The notes beneath the pieces were generated by a model. That model did not search any database. It was not told the DNA's origin and saw nothing but the letters and a program-made list of their open reading frames with translations. Positions 57,255 to 64,000 of a stretch of 64,000 bases of DNA are shown here, piece by piece; the stretch's first letter is position 1, and every line of letters begins with the position of its first letter. Position numbers and translations under genes: made by a program. The stretch is from Pseudomonadota bacterium (GTDB lineage: Bacteria; Pseudomonadota; Alphaproteobacteria; Rhizobiales; Xanthobacteraceae): positions 7,527 through 71,526 of the forward strand of contig JAEYAU010000092.1 of assembly GCA_023404705.1 (NCBI GenBank). The letters are read 5' to 3'.

Positions 57255-57692
57255 ATGAAACCGACGCTCACGGCCGGCCTCACGCACCGCTTCACCTACG
57301 TGGTGCCCGAGAACAAGACGGTGCCGCACCTCTATCCGGAGGCCGCGGATTTCCAGGCCATGCCGGATGTGTTCGCGACCGGCTTCATGGTCGGCCTGAT
57401 GGAGTGGACCTGCATCCAGCTGATGGCGCCGCATCTCGACGCGGGCGAGGGCAGCCTCGGCATCCACATCGACGTCAGCCACAGCGCCGCCACGCCGCCC
57501 GGGCTCACCGTCACGGTGGAGGCCGAGTGCGTCGAGGTGAAGGGCCGCAAGATCTCGTTCCGCGTGCGCGCCCATGACGGCGTCGACCAGATCGGCGAAG
57601 GCCGGCACGAGCGCGCCGTCGTCGCCTGGGACAAGTTCAACGCCCGCGTCGCCGAGAAGGCGCAGACGCTGGTGAGCGGGGGCGGGCCGTGA
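57255..57692 (+). CDS. hotdog-fold thioesterase (inserted between nuoC and nuoD)
   Basis: The ATG at 57255 is 3 nt after the nuoC stop. MKPTLTAGLTHRFTYVVPENKTV...ATGFMVGLMEWTC...GEGRHERAVV has a thioesterase-superfamily pattern. Confidence 0.65.
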   Translation: MKPTLTAGLTHRFTYVVPENKTVPHLYPEAADFQAMPDVFATGFMVGLMEWTCIQLMAPHLDAGEGSLGIHIDVSHSAATPPGLTVTVEAECVEVKGRKISFRVRAHDGVDQIGEGRHERAVVAWDKFNARVAEKAQTLVSGGGP

Positions 57693-57720
57693 TCATGGCA
57701 GCGCGCCTCAACATTCGATC

Positions 57721-57859
57721 CGTCACCCTGAGGTGCTCGCCACGCAGTGGCGAGCCTCGAAGGGCGACAGCCGCTGAGTCGCAGCATACTCGTTGCGCGG
57801 CCCGGGCCGTTCATCCTTCGAGGCTCGCGGACTTCGTCCGCTCGCACCTCAGGATGACG
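57721..57859. repeat. nested palindromic intergenic element (RIME/REP-like) inside the nuo operon
   Basis: The outer arms are CGTCACCCTGAGGTG (57721-) and CACCTCAGGATGACG (-57859). The inner arms are GGCGAGCCTCGAAGG (57749-) and CCTTCGAGGCTCGC (57815-). Confidence 0.55.
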
Positions 57860-57894
57860 GGTCTTGGGCCGCGGCAAGCAAGGACGAACCGCGT

Positions 57895-59085
57895 ATGACC
57901 GAAGCCTCCGTCCGTAACTTCACGCTCAACTTCGGGCCGCAGCATCCGGCGGCGCATGGCGTGCTGCGCCTGGTGCTCGACCTCGACGGCGAGGTGGTGG
58001 AGCGCGTCGATCCGCATATCGGGCTGCTGCATCGCGGCACCGAGAAGCTGATCGAGGCGAAGACCTATCTGCAGGCGATCCCCTATTTCGACCGGCTCGA
58101 CTACGTCGCGCCGATGAACCAGGAGCACGCCTTCTGCCTCGCGGCCGAGAAGCTGCTCGGGCTGACGGTGCCGCGCCGCGCGCAGCTAATCCGCGTGCTC
58201 TATTGCGAGATCGGCCGGCTGCTCTCGCATCTCCTCAACGTGACGACGCAGGCGATGGACGTCGGCGCGCTGACGCCGCCGCTCTGGGGCTTCGAGGAGC
58301 GCGAGAAGCTGATGGTGTTCTATGAGCGCGCCTCTGGCTCGCGCATGCACGCGGCCTATTTCCGCGTCGGCGGCGTGCACCAGGATCTGCCGCCCCAGCT
58401 CATCGACGATATCGAGGCGTTCTGCGATCCGTTTCTCAGGGTCTGCGACGAGCTCGAGGTCCTGCTCACCGACAACCGCATCTTCAAGCAGCGCAACGTC
58501 GATATCGGCGTGGTGAAGCTCGACGACGCCTGGGCCTGGGGCTTCTCGGGCGTCATGGTGCGCGGCTCGGGCGCGGCCTGGGACCTGCGCAAGGCGCAGC
58601 CCTACGAGTGCTATGCCGAGATGGATTTCGACATTCCGATCGGCAAGAACGGCGACTGCTACGACCGCTATCTCATCCGCATGGAGGAGATGCGCCAGTC
58701 GGTCCGGATCATGAAGCAGTGCATCGCCAAGCTGCGCGAGCCGGAGGGGCAGGGGCCCGTCACGGTCGACGACAACAAGGTGGTGCCGCCGAAGCGCGGG
58801 CAGATGAAGAAGTCGATGGAGGCCCTGATCCATCACTTCAAGCTCTACACCGAGGGCTTCCACGTGCCGGCCGGCGAGGTCTATGCCGCCGTCGAGGCGC
58901 CGAAGGGCGAGTTCGGCGTCTACCTGGTCGCCGACGGCACCAACAAGCCCTACAAGTGCAAGATTCGCGCGCCCGGCTTCGCGCATCTGCAGGCCATGGA
59001 CTTCATCTGCCGCGGCCACATGTTGGCCGACGTATCCGCGATCCTCGGCTCGCTCGACATCGTGTTCGGGGAGGTGGATCGGTGA
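57895..59085 (+). CDS. nuoD: NADH-quinone oxidoreductase subunit D
   Basis: ATG at 57895 ([28 protein letters not shown]...). The upstream part of ORF 57793 is a translation of the repeat. Confidence 0.92.
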   Translation: MTEASVRNFTLNFGPQHPAAHGVLRLVLDLDGEVVERVDPHIGLLHRGTEKLIEAKTYLQAIPYFDRLDYVAPMNQEHAFCLAAEKLLGLTVPRRAQLIRVLYCEIGRLLSHLLNVTTQAMDVGALTPPLWGFEEREKLMVFYERASGSRMHAAYFRVGGVHQDLPPQLIDDIEAFCDPFLRVCDELEVLLTDNRIFKQRNVDIGVVKLDDAWAWGFSGVMVRGSGAAWDLRKAQPYECYAEMDFDIPIGKNGDCYDRYLIRMEEMRQSVRIMKQCIAKLREPEGQGPVTVDDNKVVPPKRGQMKKSMEALIHHFKLYTEGFHVPAGEVYAAVEAPKGEFGVYLVADGTNKPYKCKIRAPGFAHLQAMDFICRGHMLADVSAILGSLDIVFGEVDR

Positions 59086-59369
59086 GAAGCGTCCTGACCG
59101 CCACTTGCGCGCTGAGCGTCGCGAGCCCGGCCGTCGTCATGGCCGCGCCGGCGAATTGCGGCCGCTACGAGGCGCATGTCGGGCTGCCGGATCGCTTCAT
59201 CGAGATCGCGCGCGGCTCGCTCGGCAATGTCGAGATGGTCTGGTTCTCGGACGGACGCTGCACCTGCGAGAACGGTCCCGCCGTGGACCGTTTCTTCGGC
59301 CGCGCGGCGCCGAAAGGCATCAACTGGTCGTGCCGCAAGGCGAGCGCGGAAGACCGCAGGAGCAACTGA
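59082..59369 (+). CDS. small Cys-containing secreted protein (inserted between nuoD and nuoE)
   Basis: The GTG at 59082 overlaps the nuoD stop (GTGA). It has a signal-like N-terminus [22 protein letters not shown], four further Cys and strong GC3 bias. Its stop lies 2 nt before the nuoE ATG. Confidence 0.45.
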   Translation: MRSVLTATCALSVASPAVVMAAPANCGRYEAHVGLPDRFIEIARGSLGNVEMVWFSDGRCTCENGPAVDRFFGRAAPKGINWSCRKASAEDRRSN

Positions 59370-59371
59370 TC

Positions 59372-60109
59372 ATGTCCGTCCGCCGTCTCGCACCGATCGA
59401 GCAGCAGCCGAAGAGCTTCGCGTTCACGCCGGAGAACCTCACCTGGGTGAAGCAGCAGATCGCGAAGTATCCGGAAGGCCGTGAAGCCTCGGCCGTGATC
59501 CCGCTGCTGTGGCGGGCGCAGGAGCAGGCGGGCGGCTGGCTGCCGCAGAAGGCGATCGAGCATGTCGCCGAGGTGCTCGGCATGGCCAATATCCGCGTGC
59601 TCGAGGTCGCGACCTTCTACACGATGTTCAATCTCGAGCCGGTGGGGCAGTTCTACGTGCAGCTCTGCGGCACGACGCCCTGCGCGTTGCGCGGCGCGAA
59701 CGAGCTGAAGAAGGTCTGCCACGAGAAGATCGGCGAGCCGGGTCACGTCACGGCCGACGGCAAGCTCTCCTGGCTCGAGGTCGAATGCCTCGGCGCTTGC
59801 GTGAACGCGCCGATGGTGCAGATCAACTACGACTTCTACGAGGACCTCACGGCCGAGAGCTTCGCCCACATCCTCGACGAGCTCAAAGCCGGCCGCGTGC
59901 CGAAGCCGGGTCCGCAGGTCGACCGCCAATTTTCGGCGCCGCAGGGCGGGCTGACCACGCTGACCTCGGCCGGGCTCTATGCGAGCACGCCGCGCACCGG
60001 CGGCGGCCCGGCGCTCACCGACCGTGACGCGAAGAAGCCGGGCGAAGCCGCGAACGTGACCGAATCTCCAGTTCCGAAGCCGCCCGTCGGCGACAGCACG
60101 AGGCAGTGA
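59372..60109 (+). CDS. nuoE: NADH-quinone oxidoreductase subunit E
   Basis: [23 protein letters not shown]..., with the [2Fe-2S] motif CGTTPC...CLGAC and a Pro-rich C-terminal tail. Confidence 0.9.
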   Translation: MSVRRLAPIEQQPKSFAFTPENLTWVKQQIAKYPEGREASAVIPLLWRAQEQAGGWLPQKAIEHVAEVLGMANIRVLEVATFYTMFNLEPVGQFYVQLCGTTPCALRGANELKKVCHEKIGEPGHVTADGKLSWLEVECLGACVNAPMVQINYDFYEDLTAESFAHILDELKAGRVPKPGPQVDRQFSAPQGGLTTLTSAGLYASTPRTGGGPALTDRDAKKPGEAANVTESPVPKPPVGDSTRQ

Positions 60110-61413
60110 TGCTCGACGACAAGGACCGCATCTTCAAGAACCTCTACGGCATCCACGATTGGGGCCTCGAGGGCGCACGCGCACGCGGCGCCTGGGACGG
60201 CACCAAGGAGATCCTGGCCAAGGGGCGCGATGGCATCATCAACGAGGTGAAGGCCTCAGGGCTCCGCGGCCGCGGCGGCGCCGGCTTCCCGACCGGGCTG
60301 AAGTGGTCGTTCATGCCGAAGCAGAACGACGGCCGGCCGCATTATCTCGTGGTCAATGCCGACGAGTCCGAGCCGGGCACCTGCAAGGACCGGGAGATCA
60401 TGCGGCACGATCCGCATCTCCTGATCGAGGGCTGCCTGCTCGCCGGTTTCTCGATGGGCGCCAATGCCGGCTACATCTACGTGCGCGGCGAATTCATCCG
60501 CGAGCGCGAGCGCCTGCAGGCCGCGATCGACCAGGCCTACGAGGCCGGGCTGATCGGCAAGAATGCCTGCGGCTCGGGCTACGACTTCGACCTCTATGTT
60601 CATCACGGCGCCGGCGCGTATATCTGCGGCGAGGAGACCGCGCTGCTCGAGAGCCTCGAAGGCAAGAAGGGCATGCCGCGCCTCAAGCCGCCGTTCCCGG
60701 CCAATGTCGGCCTCTACGGCTGCCCGACCACGGTGAACAATGTCGAGAGCATCGCGGTTGCGCCGGACATCATGCGGCGCGGCGCGGCGTGGTTCGCCGG
60801 CATCGGCCGGCCGAACAACACGGGCACGAAGCTCTTTTGCATCTCGGGTCACGTGAACAAGCCCTGCAATGTCGAAGAGGCGATGGGCATCACGTTCCGC
60901 GAGCTGATCGACAAGCACTGCGGCGGCATTCGCGGCGGCTGGGACAATCTGCTCGCCGTCATCCCGGGCGGCTCCTCGGTGCCGCTGCTGCCGGCCTCGC
61001 AGTGCGAAGACCTCTATATGGACTTCGACACGCTGCGGAACCTGAAGTCCGGCCTCGGCACTGCGGCCGTGATCGTGATGGACAAGTCGACCGACATCGT
61101 CCGCGCCATTGCGCGCATCTCCTACTTCTACAAGCACGAGAGCTGCGGCCAGTGCACGCCGTGCCGCGAAGGAACGGGGTGGATGTGGCGCGTGCTCTCG
61201 CGCATGGCCGAGGGCCGCGCGCAGAAGCGCGAGATCGGCATGCTGCTCGACGTCACGACGCAGGTCGAAGGCCACACGATCTGCGCGCTCGGCGACGCAG
61301 CAGCCTGGCCGATCCAGGGCCTGATCCGGCACTTCCGGCACGAGATCGAGCGGCGCATCGACGAGTATGCGGCGCGGCCGCACGATACGCCCGTTCCGGT
61401 GGCGGCGGAGTGA
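60109..61413 (+). CDS. nuoF: NADH-quinone oxidoreductase subunit F
   Basis: [24 protein letters not shown] and [12 protein letters not shown]. The ATG at 60109 overlaps the nuoE stop. Confidence 0.92.
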   Translation: MLDDKDRIFKNLYGIHDWGLEGARARGAWDGTKEILAKGRDGIINEVKASGLRGRGGAGFPTGLKWSFMPKQNDGRPHYLVVNADESEPGTCKDREIMRHDPHLLIEGCLLAGFSMGANAGYIYVRGEFIRERERLQAAIDQAYEAGLIGKNACGSGYDFDLYVHHGAGAYICGEETALLESLEGKKGMPRLKPPFPANVGLYGCPTTVNNVESIAVAPDIMRRGAAWFAGIGRPNNTGTKLFCISGHVNKPCNVEEAMGITFRELIDKHCGGIRGGWDNLLAVIPGGSSVPLLPASQCEDLYMDFDTLRNLKSGLGTAAVIVMDKSTDIVRAIARISYFYKHESCGQCTPCREGTGWMWRVLSRMAEGRAQKREIGMLLDVTTQVEGHTICALGDAAAWPIQGLIRHFRHEIERRIDEYAARPHDTPVPVAAE

Positions 61414-61415
61414 TC

Positions 61416-61694
61416 ATGGCCTGGCGCGGGCAACAGCGAGGCTTCCATTCGCTGCTCTGCATCGGGGCAGCGCTGTGGGCCTTCTATCTCGGGCTGGTGG
61501 ATCAGCCCGGCTCGCGCGCGAGCCCGCTCTTCGTGCTGTTCGGGGTCGCGCTGCTCGGCCTCGCGCCGCTTGTCGCGCCGATCGAGAGCTGGAGCGGGGC
61601 CCTGCCGCTGCGGATCATCGGCGGGCTGATCATGCTGATCGGACTGATCGGGATCGTGCACCTCTATGTCACGGCGGAGGCGACCCAGCCATGA
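61416..61694 (+). CDS. small three-TM membrane protein (inserted after nuoF)
   Basis: The ATG at 61416 is 3 nt after the nuoF stop. MAWRGQQRGFHSLLCIGAALWAFYLGL...LIMLIGLIGIVHLY. Confidence 0.5.
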   Translation: MAWRGQQRGFHSLLCIGAALWAFYLGLVDQPGSRASPLFVLFGVALLGLAPLVAPIESWSGALPLRIIGGLIMLIGLIGIVHLYVTAEATQP

Positions 61695-62158
61695 TGCGCC
61701 ACCTCGCGGAAGTGAACATCGGCCGGCTGCGCTATCCGCTCGACGATCCGCGCATGGCGGACTTCGTCGACAATCTCGACCTGGTGAACGGCATCGCGGA
61801 GCGCAGCGAAGGCTTTGTCTGGCGCCTCAAGGATGACAGCGGCAACGCCACCTCGATCCAGGCCTTCGCGGATCCGCAGATCATCGTGAACCTCTCGGTC
61901 TGGGAGAACATCGAAGCGCTCGAGCGCTATGTCTGGCAGACCGTGCACAAGCGCTTCTACGGCCGCCGCACCGAGTGGTTCGAGCACTTGGCGGGTCCCC
62001 ATCTCGCGATGTGGTGGATCGGCGCCGGACACCGGCCGACAGCGGCGGAAGCGCGCGAGCGGCTGGAGCGGCTCGCGGCCGATGGACCGACCGAATTCGC
62101 ATTCGGATGGGAGAGCATCCCATCTGCGCAGCTCTGGAAGACAGCGCGCTGCGCATAG
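61691..62158 (+). CDS. DUF3291 domain protein
   Basis: MMRHLAEVNIGRLRYPLDDPRMADFVDNLDLVNGIAERSEGFVWRLKDD matches my recollection of DUF3291. The ATG overlaps the previous stop (ATGA). Confidence 0.6.
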   Translation: MMRHLAEVNIGRLRYPLDDPRMADFVDNLDLVNGIAERSEGFVWRLKDDSGNATSIQAFADPQIIVNLSVWENIEALERYVWQTVHKRFYGRRTEWFEHLAGPHLAMWWIGAGHRPTAAEARERLERLAADGPTEFAFGWESIPSAQLWKTARCA

Positions 62159-62169
62159 GGGACCGCACG

Positions 62170-62379
62170 ATGGCAACAGAACCTGACAATGTTGTTCTCG
62201 CCATGCTGCGGCGGATCGACGAGCGCACTGCGCGCATGGCAGATGACCTCGCCGATCTCAAAACGCGCGTGACCTCTGTTGAGGAAGGGCTGGCCGGTGT
62301 CAATCGCGGGCTGGACCGACTTGAACTTCGTGTCGAACGAATTGAACGTCGCCTCGAGCTCTCGGACGCGACGCATTAG
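62170..62379 (+). CDS. small coiled-coil protein
   Basis: MATEPDNVVLAMLRRIDERTARMADDLADLKTRVTSVEEGLAGVNRGLDRLELRVERIERRLEL has a heptad-like pattern. Its third-position GC is visibly lower than in its neighbours. Confidence 0.4.
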   Translation: MATEPDNVVLAMLRRIDERTARMADDLADLKTRVTSVEEGLAGVNRGLDRLELRVERIERRLELSDATH

Positions 62380-62389
62380 GTAACAACGC

Positions 62390-64000
62390 ATGGCCAAGCT
62401 GATCATCGACGGCAAAGAGATCGACGTTCCGCCGGAGTACACGCTCTTACAGGCGTGCGAGGCGGCGGGCGCCGAGATCCCGCGCTTCTGCTTCCACGAG
62501 CGGCTGTCGATCGCGGGCAATTGCCGCATGTGTCTGGTCGAGCTGGTCGGCTCGCCGAAGCCGGTCGCGAGCTGCGCCTGGGGCGTGCGCGACTGTCGCC
62601 CGGGACCGAAGGGCGAGCCGCCGGTCGTGAACACGCGCACGCCGATGGTGAAGAAGGCGCGCGAAGGCGTGATGGAGTTCCTGCTGATCAACCATCCGCT
62701 CGACTGCCCGATCTGCGACCAGGGCGGCGAGTGCGACCTGCAGGACCAGGCCATGGCCTATGGCGTGGACCAGAGCCGCTACCACGAGAACAAGCGCGCG
62801 GTCGAAGACAAGTATGTCGGCGCGCTGGTGAAGACCATCATGAACCGGTGCATCCACTGCACCCGGTGCATCCGCTTCGCGACCGAGGTCGCGGGCGTGC
62901 CGGAGCTCGGCGCCATCGGCCGCGGCGAGGACATGGAGATCACCACCTATCTCGAGCAGGCGATGACCTCGGAGCTGCAGAGCAACGTGGTCGACCTCTG
63001 CCCGGTGGGGGCGCTCACGTCCAAGCCCTACGCCTTCGTGGCGCGACCCTGGGAGCTCGGCAAGACCGAGTCCGTGGACGTGATGGATGCGGTCGGCTCG
63101 GCGATCCGCGTCGATACGCGCGGGCGTGAGGTGATGCGCATCCTGCCGCGCATCAACGAGGACGTGAACGAGGAGTGGATCTCCGACAAGACCCGCCACA
63201 TCGTCGACGGGTTGCGCGTGCAGCGGCTCGACCAACCCTATCTGCGCGAGGGCGGGCGGCTGCGGCCCTGCTCCTGGGGCGAAGCGTTCAACGCCATAGC
63301 GCTGCGCCTGAAGAGCACGCGACCCGAGCGCGTCGGCGCGATCGCGGGCGATCTCGCGACCGTCGAGGAGATGTTCGCGCTCAAGGAGCTGATGGGACGC
63401 TTCAACGTCGCGAACCTCGATTGCCGCCAGGACGGCGCCGCGCTTGATCCCTCGCACGGCCGCGCGAGCTATCTGTTCAATCCGGGCATCGCGGGCATCG
63501 ACCGTGCCGATGCGCTGCTGATCATCGGCGCCAATCCGCGCAAGGAAGCCGCGGTGCTCAATGCGCGCATCCGCAAACGCTGGCGCGCCGGCAATTTCCC
63601 GATCGCCGTCATCGGCGAGAAGCTCGATCTGACCTACGGCTACGACTATCTGGGCGCCGGTCCGGAGACGCTGGCCGATCTCGCGGCCGGCCGTCACGCC
63701 TTCGCGGAGACGCTGAAGGGTGCCGAGCGGCCGCTGATCCTGGTCGGCATGGGCGCGCTGTCGCGTCCCGATGGCGCGGCGGTCGCGGCGCTGGCCGCCA
63801 AGGCGGCGCTCGACTTCGGCGGGGCGGAGGGCTGGAACGGCTATGCGGTGCTGCATACGGCGGCGTCGCGCGTGGGCGGCCTCGACATCGGCTTCGTGCC
63901 GGGGGCGGGTGGCCGCACGGCCGCCGAGATGGCGCGGGCCGGCGGGCTCGACCTTCTGGTCCTGCTCGGCGCCGACGAGCTCGACGTCGCGCCGGGCGCC
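62390..64000 (+). CDS. nuoG: NADH-quinone oxidoreductase subunit G (N-terminal 537 codons; runs off the right edge)
   Basis: Hand translation from the ATG at 62390 gives MAKLIIDGKEIDVPPEYTLLQACEAAGAEIPRFCFHERLSIAGNCRMCLVE...HPLDCPICDQGGECDLQD...CIHCTRCIRF. It is open to the window end, so it is absent from the ORF track. Confidence 0.9.
   Translation, partial: MAKLIIDGKEIDVPPEYTLLQACEAAGAEIPRFCFHERLSIAGNCRMCLVELVGSPKPVASCAWGVRDCRPGPKGEPPVVNTRTPMVKKAREGVMEFLLINHPLDCPICDQGGECDLQDQAMAYGVDQSRYHENKRAVEDKYVGALVKTIMNRCIHCTRCIRFATEVAGVPELGAIGRGEDMEITTYLEQAMTSELQSNVVDLCPVGALTSKPYAFVARPWELGKTESVDVMDAVGSAIRVDTRGREVMRILPRINEDVNEEWISDKTRHIVDGLRVQRLDQPYLREGGRLRPCSWGEAFNAIALRLKSTRPERVGAIAGDLATVEEMFALKELMGRFNVANLDCRQDGAALDPSHGRASYLFNPGIAGIDRADALLIIGANPRKEAAVLNARIRKRWRAGNFPIAVIGEKLDLTYGYDYLGAGPETLADLAAGRHAFAETLKGAERPLILVGMGALSRPDGAAVAALAAKAALDFGGAEGWNGYAVLHTAASRVGGLDIGFVPGAGGRTAAEMARAGGLDLLVLLGADELDVAPGA

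Noticed and set aside
57793-57894. The N-terminal extension of nuoD suggested by ORF 57793..59085.
   Set aside because: The extension is a translation of the palindromic repeat (…[17 protein letters not shown]…). The canonical NuoD N-terminus [22 protein letters not shown] starts at 57895.

Overview
This is a very GC-rich chromosomal segment with strong G/C bias at third codon positions. The many long Arg/Ala/Pro-rich antisense ORFs in the track are artefacts of that bias. Gene content looks alphaproteobacterial. I saw no rRNA, tRNA, CRISPR array, transposase, integrase or phage genes. The window falls into four blocks. (1) 1-32.9 kb is an anaerobic aromatic-acid island. korAB (2-oxoglutarate:ferredoxin oxidoreductase) is divergent from had-oah-dch-bcrCBAD-fdx, a class I ATP-dependent benzoyl-CoA reductase with Thauera-type ring-processing enzymes. 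That operon is extended by a hemerythrin and two tandem GNATs. Next come a DUF2249 + polytopic membrane protein pair, a third GNAT with a cysteine-free Rrf2 regulator (BadL/BadM-like), and gcdH. These are followed by a benzoate-CoA ligase with an ABC uptake system (fused permease-ATPase) and RidA. The block ends with hcrCAB (4-hydroxybenzoyl-CoA reductase) divergent from a second aryl-CoA ligase plus ACAD, hydratase, BadH-like SDR, hydratase and DUF59. (2) 32.9-45.5 kb is a respiratory island controlled by FNR/FixK-type boxes. It holds ctaA, two Cys-cluster-less Crp/Fnr regulators, two more hemerythrins and a nine-gene operon. That operon encodes a B-family-like heme-copper oxidase whose subunit I lacks the cross-link tyrosine, together with CtaB, SenC/SCO1, a dihaem cytochrome b fused to 2x[4Fe-4S] and an MvhD-like domain, a hypothetical protein, a hemerythrin and a cytochrome c. 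(3) 45.4-55.4 kb holds a candidate FNR-box-driven small RNA, an FNT channel translationally coupled to a P-type ATPase, an RND efflux pair and a Tat-signal hydrolase. (4) 55.7-64 kb is nuoA-G, interrupted by five extra ORFs and a large palindromic repeat. The best hunting results are four. First, the oxidase/NO-reductase-like operon and its unusual cytochrome b-FeS-MvhD fusion. Second, a conserved AT-rich 20-21 nt motif at three aromatic-pathway promoters, a candidate operator for the Rrf2 regulator. Third, nine TTGAT-N4-ATCAA-type boxes placed at class II distances. Fourth, the sRNA candidate, which has an anti-Shine-Dalgarno loop and a strong intrinsic terminator. All family assignments come from reading the translations and need database confirmation.
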